NCBI GenBank assembly: GCA_963781585.1
Contig: CAWAGQ010000006.1
Coordinates: 352,001 to 416,000 of the forward strand
Direction: 5' to 3'
Length of the DNA stretch: 64,000 nucleotides
DNA from: an uncultured Gemmatimonadaceae bacterium
GTDB taxonomy: Bacteria > Gemmatimonadota > Gemmatimonadetes > Gemmatimonadales > Gemmatimonadaceae
Of the stretch, positions 17,048 through 26,745 are shown piece by piece (the stretch's first letter is position 1; every line of letters starts with the position of its first letter). The translations under genes and the position numbers were made by a program. Below the pieces are notes generated by a model that was not told the DNA's origin, did no database searches, and saw only the letters and a list, made by a program, of their open reading frames with translations.

Positions 17048-18420
17048 TCGACGATGAGCAGGCGATGCTCGAGAACTGCGAGCGCCTCCTTTCCCGAGAG
17101 GGATACCGCTGCACCACGCTCGCGGAGCCGCTGCGGTTCCGCCAGGTGGCGGCGGAAGTGGAGCCGAGCGTCATCATCACTGACCTGCGCATGCCAGGCG
17201 TGGACGGTATGACGATTCTCGCCGCGGGAATCGCTGATGACCCCACGCGGCCCCTCATCGTGATGACCGCATACGCCACCGTCGCCTCGGCGGTGGCCGC
17301 GGTGCGCGAGGGGGCGTTCGACTACATCGCCAAGCCGTTCACCGCGGACCAGCTGCTCGTCGCGGTCGAGCGGGCGGTTCGATATCGCGAACTCACCATG
17401 GAGAATCGCACACTCCGTCGACAGGTCGCGCGCCATTCCGGCGGAGACAGCATCCTTGGGTCGAGCCCCGTGATGACCCGCCTGCTGGAGCAGGCGGCGA
17501 TGGTCGCGCCGACCGACGCGAACGTACTGATCACGGGCGAGAGCGGCACCGGCAAGGAACTGATCGCACGCTTCATCCACGCACACTCGCAGCGACACGA
17601 CCGGCCGCTCGTTGCGGTGGACTGCGCTGCGATGCCCGAAGGCCTCCTCGAGTCGGAGCTGTTCGGGCACGAGCGCGGCGCGTTCACCGGCGCCGTGCAT
17701 CGCAAGGACGGGTTGCTGTCGAACGCCAATGGCGGGACGGTGTTTCTCGACGAGATCGCGGAGCTTTCCACCCCGCTCCAGTCCAAGCTGCTGCGCGTCC
17801 TCGAGCAACGACAGATGCGGCGCCTCGGTGATTCGCGCCTGATCGACCTCGACATTCGTGTGGTCGCGGCAACCAATCGCGATCTCAAGGCGGCGGTCGC
17901 CGGCGGAAGTTTCCGCGAGGACCTGTTTTTCCGTCTCAACGTCGTCCACCTCGCCCTGTCTCCATTGCGTGAGCGCCCGGGCGACATTCCGCTGCTCATG
18001 AACGCCTTTCTCGAGGAGTTCGCATCCGCCGCACACCGGAGCGCGCCGCGTGTGAGGACGGACGCATGGCCGGTGCTCGAGCGCCACACGTGGCCGGGGA
18101 ACATCCGCGAGTTGCGCAACGCGGCCGAGCGCCTGGTGGTGCTGGACGACGACGGCAGCATCAGTGCGGAAGACTTGAGCGGCGCATTGCAGCGCGTGGT
18201 GGGAGCGCGCCCGGAAGACCGTGCTCGTTCCCCTCTCGGGTACGCCAAGGCGCAGGACCGGGCGCTGCGGGAATTCCGCGCGGCGTACGTGACGCAGCTG
18301 CTCGAGGCGCATGGCGGCAACGTCTCACGGGCAGCAGAGGCGGCCGGCGTCAGCCGCCGGACGCTGCACCGCTGGCTGGCCGAACTCGGTGACGCGATTC
18401 ACGGGGGAACGTCCCGATGA
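17023..18420 (+). CDS. Sigma54-dependent response regulator (NtrC/AtoC family)
   Basis: REC domain ILVIDDE...DLRMPG; Walker A GESGTGKE; ESELFGHERGAFTGA; WPGNIRELRN; Fis-type HTH GNVSRAAEAAGVSRRTL. Confidence 0.95.
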   Translation: MERARILVIDDEQAMLENCERLLSREGYRCTTLAEPLRFRQVAAEVEPSVIITDLRMPGVDGMTILAAGIADDPTRPLIVMTAYATVASAVAAVREGAFDYIAKPFTADQLLVAVERAVRYRELTMENRTLRRQVARHSGGDSILGSSPVMTRLLEQAAMVAPTDANVLITGESGTGKELIARFIHAHSQRHDRPLVAVDCAAMPEGLLESELFGHERGAFTGAVHRKDGLLSNANGGTVFLDEIAELSTPLQSKLLRVLEQRQMRRLGDSRLIDLDIRVVAATNRDLKAAVAGGSFREDLFFRLNVVHLALSPLRERPGDIPLLMNAFLEEFASAAHRSAPRVRTDAWPVLERHTWPGNIRELRNAAERLVVLDDDGSISAEDLSGALQRVVGARPEDRARSPLGYAKAQDRALREFRAAYVTQLLEAHGGNVSRAAEAAGVSRRTLHRWLAELGDAIHGGTSR

Positions 18421-19061
18421 ATTGGCGCCTGCTGGCGAGGCTCGCGCCCGCGTTACTCCTGCTGCCGGCGATGGTGCGCGCGCAGAGTGCTTCCATCGTG
18501 GGCACGATCACGGTCGCGAGCGCGAGCATCACCGGCATCGTCGTCTACCTGGTTCCCTCACCGCTGGCCGCGGCCCCGGATGCGTCTCCGGTGAGCGCCG
18601 ATGTGGACCAGCATGAACTGCGGTTCGTGCCGCCGGTCGTCGCCGTCACGCCCGGATCAACTGTGTTCTTCACCAACAGCGACTCGGTGCTGCACAACGT
18701 GTTTCATCCGCCCCGGCTTTTCCGCGGAGGCTTCGATCTGGGCACCTTCCCGCCTGGCGAACGGAGGAGCTTCACGTTCTCGAACGAGGGCGCATTCGTC
18801 ATTCTCTGTCGCGTCCATCCCGAAATGGTCGGTTATGTCGTTGTCGTCGCGTCACCTTATCGCGCCGTGTCGGACGACGAGGGGCGATTTCGCATCCAGG
18901 GCGTAGCCCCCGGCGTGTATACGCTACACACATGGCATGCGCGACTCCGCTCGCATCAAGAGGTCGTGACCGTTCCCAGCACCGGAACCTTGAATGTGGA
19001 TTTGTCGCTCACGCTCGGTCACCCGGACGACCCTACCGCGAAGCAGCGGCCGGAAGAGTGA
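18417..19061 (+). CDS. Exported cupredoxin-like (type-1 Cu) protein with carboxypeptidase-regulatory-like domain
   Basis: Signal peptide; HNVF and CRVHPEM supply His/Cys/His/Met ligands; GRFRIQGVAPGVYTLHTWH. ATGA overlap with the regulator. Confidence 0.8.
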   Translation: MNWRLLARLAPALLLLPAMVRAQSASIVGTITVASASITGIVVYLVPSPLAAAPDASPVSADVDQHELRFVPPVVAVTPGSTVFFTNSDSVLHNVFHPPRLFRGGFDLGTFPPGERRSFTFSNEGAFVILCRVHPEMVGYVVVVASPYRAVSDDEGRFRIQGVAPGVYTLHTWHARLRSHQEVVTVPSTGTLNVDLSLTLGHPDDPTAKQRPEE

Positions 19062-19294
19062 AGGAACGCGAGGCATCCAACTTATGGAAGCGTGCGCCGG
19101 CGGTTTGCGCCCTCGCAGCTGCAGCTCGGCGTGGAGTACCAGTTTGGCGGCCCGGTCCCGAACCCGTCGCGCGCGGGACGTGTTGACGGAGGATCAGCGG
19201 GCGCTCTTCCGGCCGACCATGGCGGGGAGGAAGGAGAAGCCATAGCGCATCACAGGCCACAGATGTTGACTTATTCCTGACAATCGAGGCCGCC

Positions 19295-21025
19295 ATGACC
19301 GAGCATCCGAGCCGCAGGGAGTTCATGGGTCTCACCGCCGCCGGCGTCGCCGCTACCCTCGCGCCGTCCTGGCTGCGTGACGCACACGCCGCGTCAGGCA
19401 CGCAGGGTGCACAAGGGACAGATCCGGATCTCGTTGTCCTGAACGCGAACGTCTTCACCATGGACTCGCGCGCGCCGACGGCGGAGGCGTTCGCGGTGAA
19501 GAACGGGAGGTTCGTGGCGGTCGGCCGTACTGCCGCGGTCAGAGCGCTCGCGGCCAGTGGCACGCAGACGTTCGACGCCAGGCAGATGACGGTGGTTCCG
19601 GGCTTCACCGACTGCCACAACCACGCGGGCGGCACCACGCTGCTCTACGAGGTGCTGGTCGGCAATCCGTTCGAGGTGGAGTTCGTCACCATCGCCAGCA
19701 TCATCGACAAGCTTCGGGCCAAGGCACGCCAGACGCCGGCGGGCACATGGGTCGAGGGGTATTTCTTCGATGACACCAAGGTGAAGGACAAGCGCCAGCT
19801 CAACGTCCACGACCTCGACCAGGTGTCGACGGAACACCCGGTGGTGGTCCGCCATCGTGGCGGCCACACCTCGTTCTACAACAGCAAGGCGTTCCAACTG
19901 GCCGGGATTACGCGCAGCACCCCGAATCCGCCAGGCGGAACGTTCGACCGGGACACCAGCGGTGACCTCAACGGCCGGGTGACCGACCGCGCCCGCAGCG
20001 CCCTCGATCGGGTGGGACAACGACCGTCCTTCACCGCCGAGCAGCGCGCGCAGCGCGATCGCGACGGGCTCGCGCACATCTCGAAGCAGTTCGTCCGGTA
20101 CGGCCTGACGAGCGTCCACCACGAGAGCGGGGACCTCGCAGCGCTGCAGGAGGTGCGTGCGCGCGGCGACCTCCTTCACCGGGTGAGCTACGAATCCAGC
20201 GGCAGGGTGCTCGACTCAATGATCTCGAGCGGCATCATGACCGGGTTCGGCGACGAGTGGATCAAACTCGGCGCCACCTCCGAGCACACCGTCGATGGTT
20301 CGTTCTCCGAACGCACCATGGCGCTGAGCACTCCCTATCCCGGCGTCCAGCCACCGTACAAGGGCAACGTCACCACCACGCAGAAGGACCTCGATGCCTG
20401 GGTGGAACAGGTGCACCGCGCCGGCATCCAGGTGAACTGCCACGCCAACGGCGACGTTGCCATCGACATGTATCTCACCGCATTCGAGCGCGCGCAGAAG
20501 GCGTTCCCCCGGACCGACGCGCGTCCCAAGATCACCCACTGCACACTCATCAACGATGATCTCGTCAGGCGCATCAAGGCGGTCGGCGCCGTGCCCGCGA
20601 TGTTCACCACCTACGCGTACTACAACTCCGACAAGTTCGTGTTCTATGGTGAAGAGCTGATGAAGCGATGCATGGCGTATCGCACGCTGCTCGACGCCGG
20701 GGTGCCGGCGGCGGCCGGCTCCGACTTCGCCCCGGGCCCGTTCGCGCCGCTGATGGGCATTCAGGGGATGGTGACCCGCACCGGCTGGGACGGGAAGACC
20801 TGGGGTGCCAACCAGCGGATCAGCGTGGACGAGGCGCTCGCGGTCAACACGATCAACGGGGCGTATGCCTCACGCGAGGAGTCGCTCAAGGGATCCATCG
20901 CCGTCGCCAAGCTGGCGGACTTTGTCGTGCTGGCCGACGATCCGCACGCGGTGGACCAGGAGAAGATCAAGGACATCCAGATCGTGCGGACGGTGGTGGG
21001 AGGCGTGCCGGTGTACCAGGCATGA
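19295..21025 (+). CDS. Tat-exported amidohydrolase (YtcJ-like, Amidohydro_3)
   Basis: SRREFM Tat motif; PGFTDCHNH, HANGD, ITHC, GSDF, GSIAVAKLADFVVL. Confidence 0.92.
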   Translation: MTEHPSRREFMGLTAAGVAATLAPSWLRDAHAASGTQGAQGTDPDLVVLNANVFTMDSRAPTAEAFAVKNGRFVAVGRTAAVRALAASGTQTFDARQMTVVPGFTDCHNHAGGTTLLYEVLVGNPFEVEFVTIASIIDKLRAKARQTPAGTWVEGYFFDDTKVKDKRQLNVHDLDQVSTEHPVVVRHRGGHTSFYNSKAFQLAGITRSTPNPPGGTFDRDTSGDLNGRVTDRARSALDRVGQRPSFTAEQRAQRDRDGLAHISKQFVRYGLTSVHHESGDLAALQEVRARGDLLHRVSYESSGRVLDSMISSGIMTGFGDEWIKLGATSEHTVDGSFSERTMALSTPYPGVQPPYKGNVTTTQKDLDAWVEQVHRAGIQVNCHANGDVAIDMYLTAFERAQKAFPRTDARPKITHCTLINDDLVRRIKAVGAVPAMFTTYAYYNSDKFVFYGEELMKRCMAYRTLLDAGVPAAAGSDFAPGPFAPLMGIQGMVTRTGWDGKTWGANQRISVDEALAVNTINGAYASREESLKGSIAVAKLADFVVLADDPHAVDQEKIKDIQIVRTVVGGVPVYQA

Positions 21026-22008
21026 CGGATCGCCGCCGGCACGCGCCGCACTCGAACGCGGTGATGCTGTTCCTCACCGTCGCGGCCTGCGCCCGGGAGC
21101 CGGCGCGTCTGACCGCGGGGAAGTCAGATACAGTCGTCGTGAACAGCCGCCACCCGGTACAGCTGTCCGTCCACGTCGTCGATGCGGCGGGACGCATTCT
21201 TGGCTCGCGTGGGCTGCGCTACGAGTGGGTGTCGGGCGATCGCGTCCCCCTTTCCGACGACGGTCGGGTGACATGCGCGCGTCCCGCCGACGCCATGGTG
21301 CGCGTGACGCGCGGCGACCTGACGATGCAGCTTTCGCTCCGGTGCCAGCCGATCGCAGGGTTCCGCCTCCCGAGGGGCGTTCACCTCCTGGTGGGCGGTC
21401 CCCCGCAGGAGCTGGTGGTGAACGCGGTTGACGCCGACGGCAGACCGGTCATGCTCATTGCCGGGACCGCGAGCGTGCGCGACAGCCAGGTGGCGGTCCT
21501 CCGCGACGGCCTGGTGTATCCACGTACCGCAGGATTCACCTACGTCAGGGTCGACGTGGGCGACTGCGTGTCCTGGATTCCCGTCGACGTGATCGCGCGG
21601 GAGACCACGCCGTCCCAGCTCGAGCCCTTTCAGGAGTTCGCTGCTTCGCTCCGCCTGGTGGGCGGTGAGATGCGAAGCTGGCACATCGTCCCCGGGCGCT
21701 ACGAGCTGTCGCTCCTGCCGGATCCGAGCGCGCATGCGGAGCCCGTGCTTGGCGCCGTCGGTACGAACTGCGCGCGCTTTCCCGGGGGTGGTCAACACTA
21801 CTCCTGCATCGCGCGCCAAGGTGCCGCCGTGGTCGTCCGTCATCCGCGGGGGGCTGGGCAGGGCCGGGAACTGGCCGGCGAACTTCTGGTGCGCCGCCTG
21901 CAGGACGTCGCCGAGGCCACCCTCACGGCGCAGTTGCCCGCACGTCACCCGGACCGTGACGGCCCGGCGCGGTCCACGCCTGACGAGTGTCCGATATTCC
22001 TGCGCTAG
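21022..22008 (+). CDS. Hypothetical lipoprotein, beta-rich/Ig-like
   Basis: ATGA overlap with the amidohydrolase; lipobox-like LTVAAC. Confidence 0.55.
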   Translation: MTDRRRHAPHSNAVMLFLTVAACAREPARLTAGKSDTVVVNSRHPVQLSVHVVDAAGRILGSRGLRYEWVSGDRVPLSDDGRVTCARPADAMVRVTRGDLTMQLSLRCQPIAGFRLPRGVHLLVGGPPQELVVNAVDADGRPVMLIAGTASVRDSQVAVLRDGLVYPRTAGFTYVRVDVGDCVSWIPVDVIARETTPSQLEPFQEFAASLRLVGGEMRSWHIVPGRYELSLLPDPSAHAEPVLGAVGTNCARFPGGGQHYSCIARQGAAVVVRHPRGAGQGRELAGELLVRRLQDVAEATLTAQLPARHPDRDGPARSTPDECPIFLR

Positions 22009-22038
22009 GCAATCTGTCCGCGACACGCCCGCGACCCG

Positions 22039-22152
22039 TCAGTCCGCGCCAAACACGGCGCGCGCGTCGGCGACGGGCATTTCCTCAAGGGGTGGGGCGC
22101 CCAGCGCCTGCAGCTGGTCGAGGAAGGCGCGTGCTTCCGAATCGAGTGGCAT
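22039..22152 (-). pseudogene. N-terminal stub (37 aa) of an HSL-family alpha/beta-hydrolase
   Basis: MPLDSEARAFLDQLQALGAPPLEEMPVADARAVF resembles the cap region of family IV esterases, followed by an immediate stop. Confidence 0.6.
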
Positions 22153-22222
22153 GATGTGGTTGTCCTGTGATGGCTGGAATGTGGCCGGAGGGTTCCAGCG
22201 GGACTTTGGCCAATCGGTCTGG

Positions 22223-23410
22223 TCAGGAGTGCGGTGACAGAACCGGGAGCCGGTACCGCTGCAGATACTGCAGATCGTCATCATCGATGCGCGCGAGATA
22301 CACGGTCCCGGCGCCGAATCCCACCAGTCTGGTCGACTTCGGCAACACCACCTGCTCGACGAGCCGTCCCCGTCCATCGACCACGTCGTACACGGGAGGG
22401 GAATCCGCGGGGGTCGTTCGCTTCACCCACACCGTGCCGTCGCTGGCGAAGGTCGCCGGAGGCTGAAAGGCGCTGACGTATGGCGGGAGATACTCCGGCC
22501 ACGACGATGGGTCCTTGACCGGACGGGCTGGCATGAGTCGGAAGCTCGCTGGACCGCTGCGGTTGTAGACCATCGCCATCACCGGCTTGCTCCGCTCCGC
22601 GCGCCAGAGCTTCTTGTGCTCTTCCGTCACCTTCACACGCTCAAAGGGGATCGGCGGACCTTCGCGCGGCATTCCATTCGCGTCGAAGTAGTCCACGCGG
22701 TACGGATCGGCCCGCAGGACCGCGATGCGGCCGTCGGGCGCAACGAGCCACTGGTCCATTGACGGATACGGCGGCGGATCCGACATGGGCGATGAAAAGA
22801 CCAATCCACTGGGACTGACCCGCCGCGTCGGATCCTTCCGCACCGGCACGTAGCCTACCGTGTCGCGCTGGGGGCGCGTTCTCGACCAGCGCTGGATGGC
22901 GGCTGAGTCCGTAAACGACAGCGACCCGTCGGCCCCGACGCGCACCGGCGGGGACTGGCCATACATCCTGCCTGAAGTGTCCATCGCCGTGGCGCCGGCT
23001 CGCGTGGCCGCATTGCCTTCGTTCGACAGGCGGGGATCGAAGTCGCCGCCGGCCTTGCCGTCGGGCCCGTAGAGGTGCAGCCGCCCGCCGGCTGCATCCC
23101 AGACCGCGCTCGAGTCCGCGGGAAGCGCGAAGATGCGCGACGGCCACTGGTATTCGCCAGGACCCTGTCCATTTCGACCGACCTTGGTGTTGGTGGCTGT
23201 GGCGAAATCCACCAGCTGCACCGTGAGGTCGTGCGAGTCCACCAGGAGCAGGCGGCCGTCCTTCAGTTCACGGATGCCGTCGATCTGCGTGAAGGATTCC
23301 GGGAACTCGACGTCCGGCCTGGCCAGCGTGCGCCTGGGAACCGCCTGCGCCCGGAGGCCGGGCGCGAATGTGAGAACGACCAGCGCACCGGTGAGAATCG
23401 GTCTCATCAC
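22223..23410 (-). CDS. Exported 6-bladed beta-propeller protein
   Basis: Signal peptide; GRNGQGPGEYQWP; IRELKDGR; C-terminal YDVVDGRG...VYLARIDDDDLQYLQRYR. Confidence 0.75.
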   Translation of the reverse strand: MMRPILTGALVVLTFAPGLRAQAVPRRTLARPDVEFPESFTQIDGIRELKDGRLLLVDSHDLTVQLVDFATATNTKVGRNGQGPGEYQWPSRIFALPADSSAVWDAAGGRLHLYGPDGKAGGDFDPRLSNEGNAATRAGATAMDTSGRMYGQSPPVRVGADGSLSFTDSAAIQRWSRTRPQRDTVGYVPVRKDPTRRVSPSGLVFSSPMSDPPPYPSMDQWLVAPDGRIAVLRADPYRVDYFDANGMPREGPPIPFERVKVTEEHKKLWRAERSKPVMAMVYNRSGPASFRLMPARPVKDPSSWPEYLPPYVSAFQPPATFASDGTVWVKRTTPADSPPVYDVVDGRGRLVEQVVLPKSTRLVGFGAGTVYLARIDDDDLQYLQRYRLPVLSPHS

Positions 23411-23650
23411 GCACCTCGCTGTCCTGCAGACATGTCATAGTGGGGGCAGCCGGGTGGAGGGTCAAGGATGACCAACTCGAGAGGAACGAACGCAATCCGT
23501 GCAGGGAAGGTGAACAGCATGTGGGGGACGTTCGCACGGCGCCTTCCGCTGGATCGCGAGTTTGCTCCTGCGTCGGCAGGGCACGCGCCTACTGGCCTTG
23601 CGAAATTCGGCCGGCACGCCATAGTCGCACTATCCGTTTCAGGGAGCGCG

Positions 23651-24889
23651 ATGCGGCTGCTGACGCGAACGTGCTGCGCGTGCGCGGTCCTGTGTACGAG
23701 CGGCTGTGCACACGAACCGAAGACCATGGCCGCCACTGCGGTGCGTGATAGCGCCGGTGTCCGCATCGTGGAATCGTCAGGTCCGACGCTCGGACCTGGA
23801 GATTCGACGTTTGCGCGGCTCGACTCCGCACCCCTCCTGTCGATCGGTGTCGAGGAAGGCGAAGAGCCGTACCAGCTTCATCGCGTCACCGATGTGCTGC
23901 AACTGGCCGATGGGCGCATTGCCGTATCCAATTCCGGCACGCAGGAGATCCGCGTCTACGATTCAACCGGCCGCTACCTGAAGAGCGCCGGACGCAAGGG
24001 ATCGGGCCCGGGCGAATTCGCCGAGTTCTCGAGCGCGACGCTGTATCCCGTGGCGGACAGCGTGCTCGCGCTCGACAACTTCCGTCTTCACCTCTTCGGC
24101 CCCGACCTGACCTTCATTCAGACGCGGCCCTTCGTGCTCTCGGATGCGGCCCGGCGCCCCTTCATGGCGGGTGTCTTTTCCGACGGCTCGTGGTTCGCGT
24201 TCGCGTATGAAAACGGCGGCGCCCTGAATGGGCCGCCGGGAACGGTCCTGCGGACGCGCTACTCGCTTCTGCGGTACGATGCGAACGGGGCGCTCGTCAA
24301 CACCATCGTCGCCGGGCTGGATGCCCGGGCGCGCTACGTTCTCCAGGTCGACAACATCATCACATTTCCCTATATCCCGCTCACCGCCAGTCCGCTGCAC
24401 GCCGTCTCGGACTCGCTGGTCCTGCTGCTGCGGGGCACGAAGCCGGAGCTGGAGGTCCATGACGAGACCGGGCGACTCACCCGACTGATACGCTGGCAAC
24501 GGCCGCAGGTGCGGACGGCCGACGTCTGGGAGCGATACCGGAAGGACGAGCTGTCCGGCATGACGAATGCTCGCGACAGCGCGGTGTACGGCAAACTCTT
24601 TTCCGTCGACTTGCCGCTGCCGGAATTCGTTCCCCTGTACGACCGGATGCTCGTCGATGCAGCACGGCGCGTCTGGCTCCGGCGATTCCGGCTGTCACGC
24701 GAGAAGGGGTCGTATGTCTGGGACGTGCTGAGCGGCGACGGGACGTGGCTGGGGGGCGCCGCCACGCCCCGGGACTTCACGGCGTACCGGATCGGCGACG
24801 ACGCCATGCTGGGGGTGCGGCGGGATTCGCTGGGCGTGGAGCGCGTGCAGGAGATGCCGCTGCGCGTGGGAGCGAGCGGATCCCGGTGA
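23651..24889 (+). CDS. 6-bladed beta-propeller lipoprotein
   Basis: Lipobox TSGC; VRDSAGVRIVE; GRKGSGPGEF; C-terminal WDVLSGDG...RDSLGVERV. Confidence 0.75.
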   Translation: MRLLTRTCCACAVLCTSGCAHEPKTMAATAVRDSAGVRIVESSGPTLGPGDSTFARLDSAPLLSIGVEEGEEPYQLHRVTDVLQLADGRIAVSNSGTQEIRVYDSTGRYLKSAGRKGSGPGEFAEFSSATLYPVADSVLALDNFRLHLFGPDLTFIQTRPFVLSDAARRPFMAGVFSDGSWFAFAYENGGALNGPPGTVLRTRYSLLRYDANGALVNTIVAGLDARARYVLQVDNIITFPYIPLTASPLHAVSDSLVLLLRGTKPELEVHDETGRLTRLIRWQRPQVRTADVWERYRKDELSGMTNARDSAVYGKLFSVDLPLPEFVPLYDRMLVDAARRVWLRRFRLSREKGSYVWDVLSGDGTWLGGAATPRDFTAYRIGDDAMLGVRRDSLGVERVQEMPLRVGASGSR

Positions 24890-25085
24890 ATCGATCGCCG
24901 CGTTCCGGGAATAGGTGTCGCGAACTCGGTAACCTCCGCGCCTCAGCTCGGTATCTCCGGGTTACGTCATGTATCGCAACTACTCACTGGGTGTGGGCGC
25001 GGACCGCACCTCCAGCGCAGATTGAGGTCGGGTACTGACCCACTGGCTGCAGACGGGTCAGGGTTCTTCCAGCGGGCCGAATCAC

Positions 25086-25916
25086 ATGTCTACGCAAGCG
25101 GAACGCGACGCGCGATATCGGAAGCGGCGCAAGCAGAAGAGGTTCACGCGAGCGCTCTCGGAAGGCGATTCGTGGTTCGACTATCCGATGTATCCGAACC
25201 TCATCGATATCATCGATGAATCGGGCGACCTGGCCGTCGCGCGCCACGAGATCTGCGGCGACGTGGTGTCGAACATGATCGGCACGTTCCCCGAGTGGCG
25301 CGGCGTCGAAAACCTCGTGGAGATCGCCGATGAAGAGCATCCGTCGCTGGTGCTGTTCAGCGGCGGCGGCAACGACATGGTCGGAACCGGCGACATCGAG
25401 GGCATGATCGCACCGTTCGACGCCAACGCGCCCCTCGAGTACTACCTGGCCACCGCGCGATGGCGGGGAAAGCTCGGCCAGCTGAGCGACGCATTCGCCG
25501 TCCTCGCCGCGCACCTCGGCTCAATCGCTCCCGTCTACGCCCACGGTTACGACTACATCGTTCCCGCCTGGAAGCCGGTGCACTATGACGGCATCAACAT
25601 TCGCGTCGGACCGTGGGTGATTCGCGAGATGGAGCACGTGGGCATCCGGGACCCGGCGCTGCAACGCGCGATCGGCAAGCTGATGATCGACAAGTTCAAC
25701 GCGATGCTCGCGGAGCTCGCCGTCACCGCACGAGGCATGTTCGTGCACGTGGACCTGCGCGGCGTGCTCGACCCAGATGCCGACTGGGAGAACGAGATCC
25801 ACCCGACTCAGCGCGGCTTCGAGAAGCTCGCCGCGGAGTTCGTGAAACAGCTGCGCGCGAAGAAGGAGCAGGTGATCGCCACGCGAATCGGCCTCGGGCT
25901 CCCGGTGGTATCATGA
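25086..25916 (+). CDS. SGNH/GDSL hydrolase family protein
   Basis: Block I EGDSWF, block III SGGGND, block V NEIHP. Confidence 0.85.
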   Translation: MSTQAERDARYRKRRKQKRFTRALSEGDSWFDYPMYPNLIDIIDESGDLAVARHEICGDVVSNMIGTFPEWRGVENLVEIADEEHPSLVLFSGGGNDMVGTGDIEGMIAPFDANAPLEYYLATARWRGKLGQLSDAFAVLAAHLGSIAPVYAHGYDYIVPAWKPVHYDGINIRVGPWVIREMEHVGIRDPALQRAIGKLMIDKFNAMLAELAVTARGMFVHVDLRGVLDPDADWENEIHPTQRGFEKLAAEFVKQLRAKKEQVIATRIGLGLPVVS

Positions 25917-26716
25917 AGCCCGTCGCGTTGCTCCCGTTCGTGGTTTGCGCCCTCGCGCACACAGGCCACGCGCAAGTGCACGTGGATTCGATCACCCTGT
26001 CCATCGAGTCGCGCAACATCTGGCGCGGATTCGCCCGGGGCGGTGCCACGCTGCGGTCGGATCTCGCGGTCGCGCTGCTGGGCTACCCGTCGACCACGGT
26101 CGGAGCGTACGGGCTGACCCTCGACGTGACCGGCTGGACGGGGCTGTCCGGCCTCGCCAGGTCCGCCGACCGCTACGTATCAACGCTCGAAGTCCTGCGC
26201 AAACTCGGCACCTCGAGGGAAGAGCCGCCGCTCCACGTGTCGCTCGGGGTATCGGGCTACTACCTGCCCGATGCACCGCACGGCGCGAGGACGACGTCCG
26301 AACTCGTCGCGGGCGTTTCAGGTGGGCGGGTCCCGTTCTGGCCGCAGGAGCGCCGTCCCCACTACTACATCGAAGGAGCGCACGACGTCGACCAGACACA
26401 CGTGACCTGGCTGCGAGCCGGGCTGGTGCTCGACTACGAGCTGATGCCGCTCATGATCCGCGGTGTGCCGGCGTGGCTCTTCATCGACCTGTCCGGCAGC
26501 TCCAGCGATGATCAGTGCGCCGGCGATGACTGCACGACGATGATCCTGCATGCGTGGCGCGCCGCGGCGCGGATCAAATGGGATTCGGACCAGCTGAGAA
26601 TGATGTCGCGGGACGTGAATCTCCGGGTGGCCCTGTACGGCGGCGGGTTGTGGCCTCGTGCGTCCATCGGTCCGGACGTCGGATTCGTGGGTGGGCTGTT
26701 CGCGGTGGTGTTCTGA
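25913..26716 (+). CDS. Hypothetical exported protein, possible outer-membrane beta-barrel
   Basis: ATGA overlap; signal peptide ending GHAQ; SRNIWRG; amphipathic beta-strands; C-terminal Phe. Confidence 0.55.
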   Translation: MKPVALLPFVVCALAHTGHAQVHVDSITLSIESRNIWRGFARGGATLRSDLAVALLGYPSTTVGAYGLTLDVTGWTGLSGLARSADRYVSTLEVLRKLGTSREEPPLHVSLGVSGYYLPDAPHGARTTSELVAGVSGGRVPFWPQERRPHYYIEGAHDVDQTHVTWLRAGLVLDYELMPLMIRGVPAWLFIDLSGSSSDDQCAGDDCTTMILHAWRAAARIKWDSDQLRMMSRDVNLRVALYGGGLWPRASIGPDVGFVGGLFAVVF

Positions 26717-26745
26717 CGCGACTTCGCCGCACGACCGGTCCCCGG

